From: Geosiphon pyriformis uo1
Lineage: Eukaryota; Fungi; Glomeromycota
Direction: 5' to 3'
NCBI GenBank assembly: GCA_016748015.1
Contig: JAAOMT010000096.1
Span: 453,087 to 517,086 of the forward strand
Length of the DNA: 64,000 bases
Both the position numbers and the translations under genes were made by a program. A model generated the notes under the pieces. The model had not been told where the DNA came from and made no database searches. It was given only the letters and a program-made list of their open reading frames with translations. Position 1 is the stretch's first letter. Each line of letters starts with the position of its first letter. Shown here piece by piece: positions 13,001 to 26,703 of this stretch.

Positions 13001-14781
13001 AAATTTTTTTTGTCATCTTAATTAAAGTAATAGATCAAATATTTATTAATATTTTTTTCTATTTATATAGTTTAAAAATTATTGAAATCTAAACATGTCT
13101 TACAACATAGAAATCTTACCTAGAAACAAACAAAAATTTAGCAAAATCAGCAGACATCTTATAATATTATCTTTGTAATACTTCTACAACTTATTAGATA
13201 TGTTATTTAAGTTAGCAGTTTTTCTGTCCAGTAATTTTCTAACCATCTGAACCAGCTCTTTAAACTCTATACTATCTATTATATTTTAAAAGACAAGATC
13301 ATTTATATATTCTAAAGAAGTATATTAATTTATCTAAACTTCAAGAATAAATTCCAAAATTTTTTGTTTTCTGGTCCAGCTTTCTATTATCTTATCTATT
13401 TTGGCTCTAATTTTATTAAGTTCTAAAATTAATTTCTTATTAATTACCAAATAATCCAAAACTATACTGTAAAAAAAATTTTTCAGCATACTTTTAATTA
13501 TGCAGCTCTTATCTGTACAGAAATTATTCATCTTTTTCTCAATTACAACATTTATAACTGTAGTTTTAGTAATTTTTAATTTATATAACTTGGACTTGTA
13601 ATATTTTTTCTTAATTTTGGACAAATAACAAAATATGTCAGTTAATTTTATGCTATCTTAAACTAAATATTAAACTTCTAAAACTCTATTACAATCCACA
13701 ACCAGTCAAATTTGCAGAAAATAATTTAATCTAATTTTGTTTTCAATGTTCAGGGCTTTAACAAATCTAACAACCAATAATTTTAACTTGTAAAATTTTG
13801 ACAATTATTTATTAGAAAATTATCTTGTTTTATTGTATTAAAGTTTAAAAAACATTTTATTTGCTGAATTTATTATCATATTTTGTAAGATTTTTTACAT
13901 TGTATCTAAATTATTTCTACTATTGGTATCATTAAATTCAATTTTTGCCAAGAAAAGTAAAGAAAATAAGTGATTCTTAAAACTAATCTATTTAGATTCA
14001 TTTGTATTTTTAATATTAAATTTCTAATAATTTTTATTAGTTTGTTTCTGAATAATACTTATTTGCATATTTAATAAGCCATTCAATTCAACTAAAAACA
14101 AAACAGTTCTATGATTTGTGTTAAAAAACTCTAAAATATTATTAACTATCTGCTTAATCAATGTTAACAAAAGATTTTCACTTACAAATAAATAGTTAAT
14201 AATCTTTACAGCCCTTTTTAAATTGCTTTATATAGGCATCTTAAACGAAAACTAATTCCTAAAAACATTAACTAGACTCAAACTCAAACACAATTTATAA
14301 CTTGAATTTCTTTTAGAACTATTTTTATTAAAATTCTTACTTATAATCATGAAAAAACTAGAATTTATAGCTTCAACAATAAGTGGATTTATTTTTACTG
14401 TTTGTTTAACTTGTGCTATTACAAACATATATACATACAAATTCAAAACTGATACTAAAAGTCTGTTCTTAAAAATTAAATAAATTAAAATCAAACAGCT
14501 TAGAACTTTTTTGATTTTAGATATGTGATAAGTCAAAGAGATATTCATGATTATAACTATACCAATATTTGAAAAGTTTTATTCAACCCAAAAGTAAAAA
14601 CTCAAATCCCATCAAATTTGTTTATTATTTAAGGCTTACAATTAGACTTCAACTTTGTTTTTGTAATAATTAAAATTAAGTATTCTTTATTCATATGTTA
14701 ATAAACAATATCTTTCTATTTAGCAGAAACATTAATACTCCAAATGTTACATATAGCAATCTTCCAAACAAGACCAGTTAT
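10095..14781 (-). pseudogene. LINE-2 ORF2 pseudogene (APE-RT-RNaseH)
   Basis: Start TGLVWKIAICNIW, APE fragment 14252-14548, RNase H fragment 11172-11513 (VNVYTNNSIKN...LVELQVIAL). Homologous to LINE-1 ORF2. Confidence 0.8.
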
Positions 14782-14926
14782 TGAGATAAATAGGAACTTG
14801 AATTTAAAACACTATCATCTACTTTCGTCAAAAAGTGCAAAACTGTATCTAAAAGATTTTTCAAACTGTTTTTTAATCTATAAACTACTAAAAAATCTAA
14901 AAATATTATTCTTATAACAGTTCTAC

Positions 14927-15869
14927 TGTTATCAATAGAATTTTAGCTATTAATTAACATAAAATTACTTTTTTAATTTTTAGTATTAATTAGTATATAT
15001 TATTATCATTTCAATTATTACATATTAGTTAATCAAATTATTGAATATCATCATTTAATTAATAATCCGATTTGTATTATAGAAATTAAGATAATTAAAT
15101 TACACAATACTCTAAACCATTTAATATAATCAAAATTCGCCTAAATTGACGAAAATTGGCCGAAATAATTAATAGTTCATAAAAATAATTTGTAGTTTGC
15201 TGAAATGTATTTTTAGTTTGCCAAAATTGTAGCAAAGAAAAAAGTGCAAGTTCAAAGACTAATACTACAACAAGTTGTATAAAAGAAGAGCTTCTCTTTT
15301 CAAGAAAATATATCTTATCTTACTTTTTTATCTTAATTAGAACAAATCATTTCTTACACATTCTTACAAAATTAAATAAAAAATTAAATATTCGAAAACC
15401 AAATCATTAAGTACTATACTTGAAATTTACAAAAACCTAAATAACACTTTGAAATTAATTAGCTACCAATTTCAGTAATTTGTTAGTAACTCCAGATTTG
15501 GATAGAAAACGTTTTCCTTAATAAAATTCTATTTTTTTTACAATTTTTTTTCTTATTACAATCATTAGAGTAGTCTATAGACAAGATTCTTGTAGAAAAA
15601 TTAACTTTTATAGCAAAGCAACTACACATTTAGTAAGCTTTCAAACAAGCAATTTCTGAAAAAAAGTTGACATTTACTACAACATAATTATACAAAATAA
15701 CTGGTATAGAATTGGCCATTCTACTTATAAGCTCAACAGTTCAAATTATAGGAGATAATTTAAAGATAAATTCAGTTATTGGAGGTTTAATTACTTTTAA
15801 AAAACGTGAATTTACAACAAACAGATATTAACAACATTCAAAAAAAGAGACCAAAAATCTCTGGTAACA
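14927..15869 (+). repeat. 5' LTR of A-I
   Basis: TGTTAT...GGTAACA followed by TT and the PBS. Homologous to four other A LTRs. Confidence 0.9.
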
Positions 15870-15914
15870 TTTGGTGCTCTTTTATAGAAACAACACAACA
15901 ACAACAAATTCAAA

Positions 15915-18900
15915 GTGGCAACTTCAGCAGACACAACAACTTTAAAGTATTATTAATTAATTTACACTTACTGCAAGCAAATATTTAACATTCAAGATAG
16001 AATTTAAGTTTTTAAGAAATTACTATACCAATACATTGAGAACTGCATCAACAATTATCTTTTTGAAGACTACAACATTTTAAAAGTCAGAGGCAATCTC
16101 TATGAAAATTTATTGCACTATTTTTACTTAAGAATTGAAGACTTTAATAGTGAAACACTTAACATCTACTTCCAAAAATTTAACTACAATATCATTTAAT
16201 ATTGTGAAAAAAAATATCTTGTACAATCTAAATTCTCTCTTGGTTTTGAATTAAAAACTAAAACAAGTAACAAAGACAAACAAAAATTAAAACAACACTT
16301 AAGAACCATTCTCAACACTCTGAAAACACTAAAGATAACTGCCAAACACTTACAAACTCCAGAACAAGAAACCAGTGTCAAATTACTACTCTCTATTATA
16401 TTATTTTCAATTTTACTTGCTTAACAGCAAATCTCAAATTTACCACTTATCTAGTTCTTAAAACTAAAAAATTTTCAGTTATCTAAGAGTTTTATCCAAC
16501 AGCAAAAACCAATATTAACCAGCATCAATCTTCTTAATTACTTAGAAAAAAATTAAAGTAATCATTCAAAGAACTTAAAAAGTAAAGAAACTAAATCATA
16601 ACATGAAAAAAGTACTAAAAATAAAAAAAAAATAGCAACTATATATATTGCAAAAATCACTAAATTCACAGAAAAAGATGCTGATACCAGTCTACAAAAA
16701 TGACTTAACAAAGTCCAAAAAGCAAGAGATATAAACAGATAAACTGCAGCAAGAATACTAAAAGCAATTCCATACTTTTTCTAAAAAACAGTAAAAGAAT
16801 AATTTGAAAATCCGACTAAATCTTTTGAAAACTGACAAGCATTTAAAAATGCTTGTTTGGAGCAATTTACTAATAACAACACTTCTATTACTCTTTGAAA
16901 TTGTTTTCACAATATCAAACAAGAATTATTTGAAACTGTTATAACTTATTTTGGAAGATTTAACAAACTTTTCAGACAAATTTGACAATTAGAAACCAAT
17001 AACTATTACTTCAATGCTCAAATTTTGGATCAGTTTATTGCAAAATTAAAAGATAAATTAATCAAGAAAATTCACCCTCATGCTCTAGCAAACTTAGTTA
17101 TAACAATCTAACATGCAAAAAACTATAAAATAACTATAGAAAAGACAAACTACACAAAGCTTATGAATTTTGTTATTGAAGAAACCAGCTCAGTGGTTGA
17201 AAAAAAATTGACCAACTCACAAAAAAAATCAAAAATTATTTTACCAACCAACAACAACAGCAACAATTACAAAGATATTAACTATCACAATGATATAATC
17301 AAAATAATTATCTTTTATTGTTTAACAACCAACCACAAAGCTGTTATTATTGTGAAATTTCAGGACATTAGAAATAAGACTGCAGAAAATTACAACAAGA
17401 TCAACAAAACAAGAGTAATTAATATTACTCTTCACCACAACAATTTTATTACCAACCTCTACCATTAACTTACTATTTACCAAGACCACAAAACAGTTAT
17501 TATCAATTTACTTTACAATTTATGCAATAGCAATATCAGCAACTTCTACCAATTCAGCAATATCAATTATTATCTACTCAACAATATTAAATATTTGCTC
17601 GAAAATTAGTTTAACAAAACCAATTTACATCTCAAAATTACTCTTAGAGTAACAATAATAGAATCAACCCAAACAATCAGTTGGTTCTCCGAAATTCTAG
17701 CCAACAAAAATTTAACCATTACTATACTTAACCCAGTTATTTAACAATGCTTAAAAAATCAGATTTTTAATAAACTACACTTTCTAAAGGTGAAGCTACA
17801 ACAACAAGATCAAATTCTTTTAATAATACCATTTCACCAGCTTAAATTGCTCAAAATGCCAATCTCTCAGATATATTTTCATTTAAATTTGAAGCCAACA
17901 AATCACTATTCTTGCTTAGTAATACAGCAGTCAATGAACAAAAAGCAATTATAGCTATATATATTAAAACTGAAGTAAAAAAAAAACAAATTTATTTAAT
18001 TTTAGACAGTAGATTTATTAAAAGCATTATTATCTATCAATTGATACAACAACTTAAAAATAACATTAACAAACTAGCTCAAATTGTAATTATTATAGCT
18101 AATAACATGAAAAAAACCCCAGTAAAAGAAATTGATAACTTTCTATTCACTATTGATGGAATTACTATTTTAGTTAAAGTTTTAGTCATAGATACATCTC
18201 AATATTAAGCTCTTGTTGAAAATAATTGACTTTTCAAAGCCAATGTAAATCTAGACTGAAAAATCCAAGAACTGAAAATTTTATATTAAGGATAATATAC
18301 CAGAGTATCTGTTATTTGTGGTACTTTCAACAAATAATCAGAAAAAGCTCTTGTGTTCGAATTTGAAGAGAAAAAAAAAATGTCTATTACTGAAACATAT
18401 ATGGTTCTTGAATTAACATTCAATTGGGCCAAAGAAACAGAACAAGAAATCTTTAAAGAAACCAGAAGATAGAATGTAGTTAGATATTCTACACCAGAAT
18501 CATAAAAACAACTATCTTATATTTCACTTAAGTATAAAGATTACAACAAAAAACTTTTATTAATAAGAGCATACATATTTTCAGAGAAAAAATATAAAAT
18601 TTGCATATGTTACTTTTGTAAAATCTGTTGTTACCAGTATAATTTTAGCTATTAATTAGCATGAAATTACCCTTATAATTTCTATAATTAATTAGTATAT
18701 TAATATTATTTCAAATTATCATTTATTATTTAATCAATTATCACATATTACAATTTAATTAAATAATCTAATTAGTATAACAAAAAGTAGAATAATCAAA
18801 TTACACAATATCCTGAACTTTGTAACATTCAGAAATTTGCCGAAATTTATAGAAATTCGCCGAAATTATGAATAGTTCACCCAAATTAATTAGTAGTTTA

Positions 18901-21900
18901 GTGAAATAACTTGTAGTCCATCAAAATATATCTTTAGTTTGCCAAAATTTGAGCAAAGAGAAAAAGTGCAAGTTCATAGACTAGTACTACAACAAGTTGT
19001 ATAAAAAAAGAGCTTTTCTCTTTAAGAAAATGTATCTTACTTTAGATTTATCACTTAGAACCATTCCTACACACACAAAAAGAAATAAATACCAAATAAT
19101 TTGAAAAACCAAATTCTTTAATTATTGCACTTGGAAAATCCCCAAAATCCAACTAATGTTTTGAAATTGATTAGCTACCAATTTCAGTAAACTGTTAGTA
19201 ATTCCAGGTCTGGATAGAAAACGTTTCCCTTAACAGAATTCAATTTCTTTTACATTTCTTTTACTTTTTTTTTATTTTCTTATTATAATCATTAGGGTAG
19301 TCTACAGACGAGATTCCTGTAGAAGAGTTGACTTTCACAGCAAAGTAACTACACATTTTTAGTAAGCTTCCAGATGAGCAATTTCTGGGAAAGAGTTGAT
19401 GTTTACTACAACATAATTACATAAAGTAACTGGCAAGAAATTGGCCATTCCACTTATAAGTCCAGCAAGTTCAAATTATAGAAGATAATTTAAAGATAAA
19501 TTCAGTTATTGGAGGTTCAACTACTTCTAGAAAACGTGAATTTGCAACCAACAGACATTTACAACATTCAAGAAAAGAGACCAAAAACCTCCAGTAATAC
19601 TGTCATAGAAAACAATTTGGATACTCCAAACAAAGTAAAAAATGGGACAACACACCTTGTTTTATATGTGGAGAAATGCTACCAAAAGAATACAACTAAA
19701 TTGATGTTGCAATAAGAAGAGAAGTCTGTAATTAAATCTGTTAATATGCATTATCAATCTCAGAAAAAGTCAAAAGAGAAACATTTTTTGATACAACATA
19801 CAACAGTGCTCTTAACAAACTTTATTACTACTTTCATAATACCAAAATAATCTTTGATCTAACAATGGCTTTAATTAATAGAGCCATACAAAAAAATATT
19901 AAACAGATAAAAAAGTTTGAATACATTGAATACATCTTTAAAATTGCTAGATACAACTATGAAGATGAAGTAGAAGTATATTACCAAATGACTAGTGATG
20001 TTTATCAAACCCAAAAAGCTTAAATTCAATAATTAAAGCAAATAAACATTCAATTGTATAAAGAATACATCATGCCTTATAATGACAAATAGTGTTTAGA
20101 ATACTATGTTTTCAGTATTCTCTTGTTCAACAAAAACAATAAAGATGAAATTGAATTTGAAAAAACTAACCAGAAAAAAGAAGCACCAACAATTCTAATC
20201 TATTTTCTTGAAAACCAACCAGCCTTATAGCTTAAGTACTTTAACAACAATAGCCAAAAAATTAAATTAGAGAAAATTTATAAAATTGATGTAGAATATA
20301 ATCTATAATATTCAGGAAAAAACACTTTGGTTTTCCAACCAAAATTCTTAATGAAAATCAATCTTAAAATCACTTTTAAAATTCTACCAGAAACAATGAT
20401 TTAAATTGTTTCTCAATTATTCCTAGTCAGCAAAAGAATTAACATTAGAAAAAGAATTATAAATGCAAAATACACTAAAAATATTACAATTATGCTACAA
20501 AATAAAATTGATAAATCATTCAAAATTGAATATGTAGAGAAAATTGCTCAAGTTATTTACTTATTTTTAATCAACATTTCAGGTTTACAATCAGTTAACA
20601 ACAGAGAACAATTAGGAAAAAGTAAAAGAAGAACTCAAGATTTTAGTTTAACTAGATAATTTACAGTTCCAGTAAACATAGCTTTCAATACACAAAATAA
20701 ATCTTACTAGATTCTTCAACTTCCCCAACCAATTACCATTTTATCTTTTGAAAAACATCACGAAATTTATACTTGTTCCAAGCCTATTACTACTCAGCAA
20801 ATTTTTGAATTCAATGAACAAATCTGTTTAAAACATGAAATCTCAATTCCAAACATTTATATTCCAAAAGAAATAAAGAAATTTTGAGTTATATTTTACA
20901 ATTCCAACAATTATCTCATTGTTTTATTAAATAAATTAGAAATTAAAATCATATATAGCAACATCTTTCAAGATGAAACCCCTTAAATTGTTTTTAATTT
21001 TATTGAAATTATAAGATATACCTTATTCTCAAACCCAAACATTATGTTGACTACTGAAAATTACCATGTTCTAAAAGAAAAACTCTCTTAAATTAACATG
21101 AATCTCTTAGAATTCCAACAACAAAGACAACTGAAACAATTAATTACTGAATATGCTGATATATTTGCAAAAGACAACAATGATTTAAGAAAAACAGATA
21201 TTATTTAACATTAAATCTATATAAGAAACACTTTATCAAAATGGCAATATGCTTATTAAGTTCTATTTTCTAGCCACCAATTCAACTATTAAGAAGTCCA
21301 TGAGCCTTATCAATGGTTTTTATTAAAAAAAAAAATGAAAAAATCAGATTTTGTGTTAATTATCAACAATTGAATAGTATTACAATTAAAGATGTCTATT
21401 TGCTTTCAAAAATTGATGACATGCTAGATGCTCTGGGAAAAGCCAAGTTCTTTTCAACTTTAGACTTAGAAAGTAGATATTGACAAATCAAAATAGACCC
21501 AAAAGATTATTTTAAAACAGCATTTACTACCTAAAAAGAAAACTATGAATTCAATATTATGCTTTTTGGACTTTGCAATGCACCAGCAACATTCCAGCAA
21601 CTCATGAATGTTGTGTATAAAAGATTTTTATGGCAATCAGTAGTTGTCTATCTTGATAACACTAATATGTACTCACTAAGCTTTGAAGCTTATTTTATCC
21701 ACCTGTAAGAAGTTTTTCAATGATTATGAAAAGTAGGATTGAAATTGAATATTGAAAAATATTACTTTGGAAAAACAAGTTTAATCTTTCTTAGACATAT
21801 TGTTAGCAAAAATAAAGTCAAACCAAATTCCAGAACAATTAGTGCTGTCAAAAATTTTCAAACTTCCAAAAATACTACAGAGCTACAAGAATTTGTAAGA

Positions 21901-22461
21901 TTAGTCTCTTACTATTGGAAATTTATAAAAGAATTTTCAGAAATCACCAAACTATTCAATTATCTTACCAATAAAAACATGTCATATCAATAAACTAAAA
22001 AACAACAGAAAGTCTTCAAAACTCTCAAAACAAAATTAATAACAGTCTCAGTTCTTGCTTACTCAAACTTCAACAAATGGTTCCAACTAGTTACTAATGC
22101 TTCATATATAACATTTGGTATCATTCTATTACAATTGGATGAAAATGGCCAGGAGCAAGTTATTGTCTATATCAATAAAACACTTAAACCAACAGAACTC
22201 AAATATAACTTGACAGAATTAGAAGCTGCCATAGTTATTTGGGCTCTTAAACATTTTCAACAATATCTAAAAAATGAAAAAAAAATAGATATTATAACTG
22301 ACAATATTAGTCTCAAATGGCTTAATAAAAAAAAATCTGAACAAAGTGCCAAACAATCTCAATAGAATGATTTCCTAATAGATTACAAATATATTATACA
22401 CCACAAACTAAACAAATTACATATCAATGTAGATTGTTTTTTTTGAATAAGACAAAATTAG
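15915..22461 (+). pseudogene. gag-PR-Cys domain-dUTPase-RT-RNaseH pseudogene of A-I, interrupted by a solo LTR
   Basis: Collinear with A-II: protease LILDSRF (~18000), dUTPase remnants ~20260-20660, RT YLDN (~21650), RNase H ELEAAIVIWAL. Many stops. Confidence 0.85.
18629..19599 (+). mobile_element. Solo LTR of family A inserted in A-I
   Basis: Perfect 4-bp TSD CTGT (18625-18628 / 19600-19603). Removing it restores CYFCKIC|HRK, matching CYYCKACHRE in A-II. Confidence 0.92.
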
Positions 22462-22509
22462 AATTCACATTAACAAACCACTAATACAACAACAATCAAC
22501 AAAAAAACA

Positions 22510-23901
22510 ATGAATTCTAAAAACTACAACAATATCAAAAACTATTTGGAGATTTTTACTATATTAAAAAATTGGTCTTCAAGTAAAAAACATTGATTAT
22601 AACATCAATTAAAACAATATTTCATATACCACAACAAAATCTATTATTGAAACAGTAAAAACCCAACCAATTCACTTAGATTAGTACAAGAAAATAAGAA
22701 AAAAACAATTCTTTACAACATACATACAGATTTCTTATTAGTATATTTAAGAAAAGATAGAATAATTCAAAGAACACTTGAATACTATTTTTGGTCCTAC
22801 ATGCAAAAAGACATTTAACAATATATAAAATCTTGTAATAGTTGTCAAAAAAGAGAAAGAACTCACTCTACTGAACCACTAAATCCAATCAAAGTTGAAC
22901 AATTTTTTGACAGAATAGGAATCAATTTAATCAAACTACTACCCATTACAAACCAAAAAAATCATTATATTGCAGTTGCAATAAATTATCTTACTAAATG
23001 GCCCAAAGCCAGAGCCATCCAAAAAATGAATACAAAATCAATAACAAATTTCATCTACAAAAACATAATTTGTAAACATAAATGCTCAATTGAACTTTTA
23101 TCTGATCAAAAAACACACTTTGTAAACAACCTAATACAAAAAATTTGTAAAAGATTTAATGTTAAATGACTCCTATTTTCACTATATTATTTACAAACAA
23201 ATAGATTAGTAAAATATTTTAACAGAACATTGTGTGAATTATTAGCCAAAATTTCAACCAATTTTGAACAAAAATAAGATATCTTTATTCCATTAGTGTT
23301 ACTAACATACAAAACACTAAAACAAGATTCAATAAAACACACACTATTTGATTTAACTTATGGAAGAATAGCAATATTATTAATTAATTTTACAGTGGAA
23401 ACATACCCAATACAACCAATTACTGAAGAAAATTTCAAAAAAATACTTCAATAAAGAGCTTACATTCTGCTCAATACTTTGGAAAGAAAATAATAAATAA
23501 CAATAACTTATATTGAATATTTTCAAGCTCAACAGAAAGAATAACATAACAACAAATTGCCACTAGTTACCAATGAATTTAAAATTAGAAACAAAGTTCT
23601 CTTACACAGAACTAAGACTAAAAAACAATGAAATAGAAAATTTGAACATAAATAAGATAGACCATTTTATATTTACAAAATCTTAGACAATAGATCATAC
23701 AAATTAAGACTTGATAACAAAGTTCTAACAAAAGTTGTACATGAAGATTGATTAAAACATTATCATTTCAGAACAAATTCTAAACCATTAATTCTATAAA
23801 TTGGTACACATTTTTCTTTAATTAATCTTAAAGATATTCCCCAAAATTTAGAACTAATAGTTGTCATAAAACAATAACCAAAATTTGAACACTTAATTTA
23901 A
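22510..23901 (+). pseudogene. Integrase pseudogene of A-I
   Basis: ATG MNSKNYNNIKNYLE, CNSC zinc-binding motif, YLTKWPKA core. Collinear with 46786-48171. Confidence 0.85.
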
Positions 23902-23933
23902 ACATATCTTATAATAAATTCTTTTTATAGTAC

Positions 23934-24656
23934 TGTTATAAGTTGGAGTAACAAACTAACAGATAGCAAGAGAGAACAGGATTGTAGGGTGATGGAAATA
24001 ATCAAAGAGGAATTTAACTTTAAAGAGCGAATTGAATGAATATGGATTCAATGTGCGAGATCAGTTTCATAAAATATCTCAGTCACTATTCTTTTCAAAA
24101 GTAACTGGAGAATCTGAAGGTAGAAGGATAGTTTATACTGTCAAAAATTGATCACCACTGGTATAATTCTATGCCTCACATCAGCATTCTTAGAATTCAA
24201 TATCAAGTATCAACTTGTGCTTTTCAGTCACATTTATTTAAATAATCTTCAAATACTTCATTTAATCATTTCAGAAAAAGGCAGATAAACACCAACAAAA
24301 GATCTTTTATCCAAAAGATGTTCAGATACTTGAAGGTAGGGAAAGAGAAATTAGTGATAAAAGAATGTTTGAGATAAAAGTTGTTTTATTATATTTCTTT
24401 GATTATTGGAACATACTTTTTTACAGCTAAGAGACTCATTGCTTATATAGCTATGAAAAGTGATCAATGACCAGGTCAATAATCAGATCAATAATCAAAT
24501 CAATGATTAGATCAACAGTCAGATTAATGATCAGGTCAATGATCAGGTCATTAATTAGGTCAATGATTATTATCTAAAAATAGGTTGGCTAATTATATGA
24601 CATCAGTGGCTAATACATGTGATAACTAATAAAAACTATGAGTTTCAACCATAATA
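23934..24656 (-). repeat. 3' LTR B1 (723 bp) with an expanded 12-bp GATCAGGTCAAT repeat
   Basis: TGTTAT...CCATAATA termini, PPT GGAGAAGATGA adjacent on the minus strand, about nine repeat units at ~24460-24570. Confidence 0.9.
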
Positions 24657-25282
24657 TCATCTTCTCCAAAGAGATTGAACTTCGGCGAAATCAAGCTATT
24701 TATGGGATATTCTAATTAAAGGGTTTTATCCAACTCAAAACTAACTAGTTTGTTAAAGTCTTTTGTGGATAAAGTGTATAGTACTTAAAACAAAATAAGC
24801 TTTATATCTAAGAGACCAAATCTTTGTATAAGAGTTTTGGCTCTTCTGGCAATGATCAAAACTCTTGGAACATCCAACTATATAATGCCCAAAATTTCCA
24901 CTTGTATCTTAGAAGTTGTTTTCTTCATGAGCTTTATGTCTTCTATGATTTCACCAAAGTGACCATAGAGCTCTAGTTGTCTTCCATATAACAAGTTTTT
25001 GTCTATGGGCAAGATTTTTTTAATCGTTTTTCCAATTGTGGTAGAAGGTACAAGTATTGCTGCTGTTATGCTTTCTAACAGATACTTATCTATTTTGCTA
25101 CCAATTTTTTCTCTTCTGGTAGTTGTTTTCTTTGGTCTGATAACAGTATAAATTCTACTGTTGTTAGTTATTGTGGTCTGTTTTCCAATAGTCAGGATAG
25201 TATTTGGATAGTTTTTGATCCAATACTTATGGAGAGTATAGAAAGCATTTTGAATGTTTTGATCCAGAAAATAATTGTTCAT
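24626..25282 (-). pseudogene. Accessory ORF3 of the left B element (has internal stops)
   Basis: Homologous to the open 31591-32247 ORF and ends inside LTR B1. Confidence 0.75.
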
Positions 25283-25323
25283 GTCGATTGAAGATATCTT
25301 TGTTTTGGGAATGATGTATTTAT

Positions 25324-26637
25324 TTATACTTGGTTTTTGCTGATTATTTGGGTCAGTATTACCACAACTGGTAACCAATCAGGTTGTTTGTGATATTTCT
25401 TGAGTCGCATACTATGAACAGGACAATTATTAAAGATTGTTCCAGATTGATCTTGAAGAATATAAGAACTATTGTTCAAAACTTTGTTGACTATAAAGGG
25501 ATTTTTCCACTGGCTAGAGAATTTATCACCATAAACATTGTCTCTGTTTGAGCAGTATTCCAAAACTAAGTCACCAACACTTAAAAAAAGTGTTTTATAA
25601 GTTTTCTTTTTTTTAAGCTTTTCTTGGAACTGTTTTATCTTTTCAAAGACAATTATTCGTGCTTTTACAAGTGAGTCAAAAATGGTACCAAGTCTTCTTT
25701 GCAAAATGTCTTTGTAATTTTCTATTGTGATCTCTTCAAAGAGTATTGTCTCAATATCAGTTTTTATTGGTAATGTTGCCATTCATCTATAGTGCAGATA
25801 AAAAGGTTTATAACTTGTTATGTCATAATTCACAGTTCTATAAGCAAACAAAGCTAAAGGCAGTACTTTGTTCCATAAGTTTGTTTCTTTACTTGTTTTG
25901 GCTAGGGTTTCACACAGTGTTCTATTAAAACGTTCCACTAGGTTATTTGTTTGGGAGTGATAAGGGGAAGAAAGTTTGTAACATATTCTCATTTTTCTAC
26001 AAAGTTCTTCAACCAGTGTACTAAGAAAAACTCTTCCTCTATCAGATAATAGTTCTTTAGAGCAGCCATGATAACAAATAATATCTTCATAAATGAAATT
26101 GGCTATTGAGACTGCTATTTGATCTGGGGTGGCTCTTGCTTTTACCCACTTTGTAAGATAGTCGGTAGCTGTGATGATGTATCTGTTGCCATCAGGAGTT
26201 ATTGTTAAAGGTCCAACAATATCTATACCAATTCTGTCAAATGGTTAACCAACAGAGATTGAATGAATATCTTCTTTACGATTGGGTTTTTCTCTTCTTT
26301 GGCAGGTATTACAGATTTTAATGTATTCAGCAATGTCTTTTCCCAAAGTAGGTCAATAATAGTGAGCTAAGGTTTTCTGAATTGTTTTTATTTTTTCAAA
26401 GTGTCCAGTTAATGGATCAGTGTGCATATTGTAGATCACAATTTCTCTTTCTTCAAATCTTATGACTCTTTGGGAGCAGTCAGGATCTTTTCTGTTTCTT
26501 TTGTATAACTAGTTCTGGCAGATCAAATAGAAATTTGATTGTTTGCATAAATGTTCTCTTTGTTGTCGAGTGTAGTCTAGTGGGTATTGTCCTTTACCCA
26601 AAAATTTCATTAAGGCAGAGTAGTTGTCCAAGTCCAT
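25324..26637 (-). pseudogene. Integrase pseudogene, left B element
   Basis: ATG MDLDNY, H-x-H/CxxC zinc motif, DYLTKW, PYHSQTNNLVERFNRTL and the GPY/F-like WKNPF module. Confidence 0.88.
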
Positions 26638-26703
26638 TATTGTGTTTGTTTGTGGGAGAGTTACTAATAATTAGTTTTGGTTTGGTTTGAGGTGATTGTA
26701 CTG

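Noticed and set aside
24460-24570. CRISPR-like array (also 4065-4184 and 40305-40420)
   Set aside because: These are short tandem units without unique spacers, located inside eukaryotic LTRs, with no cas genes.
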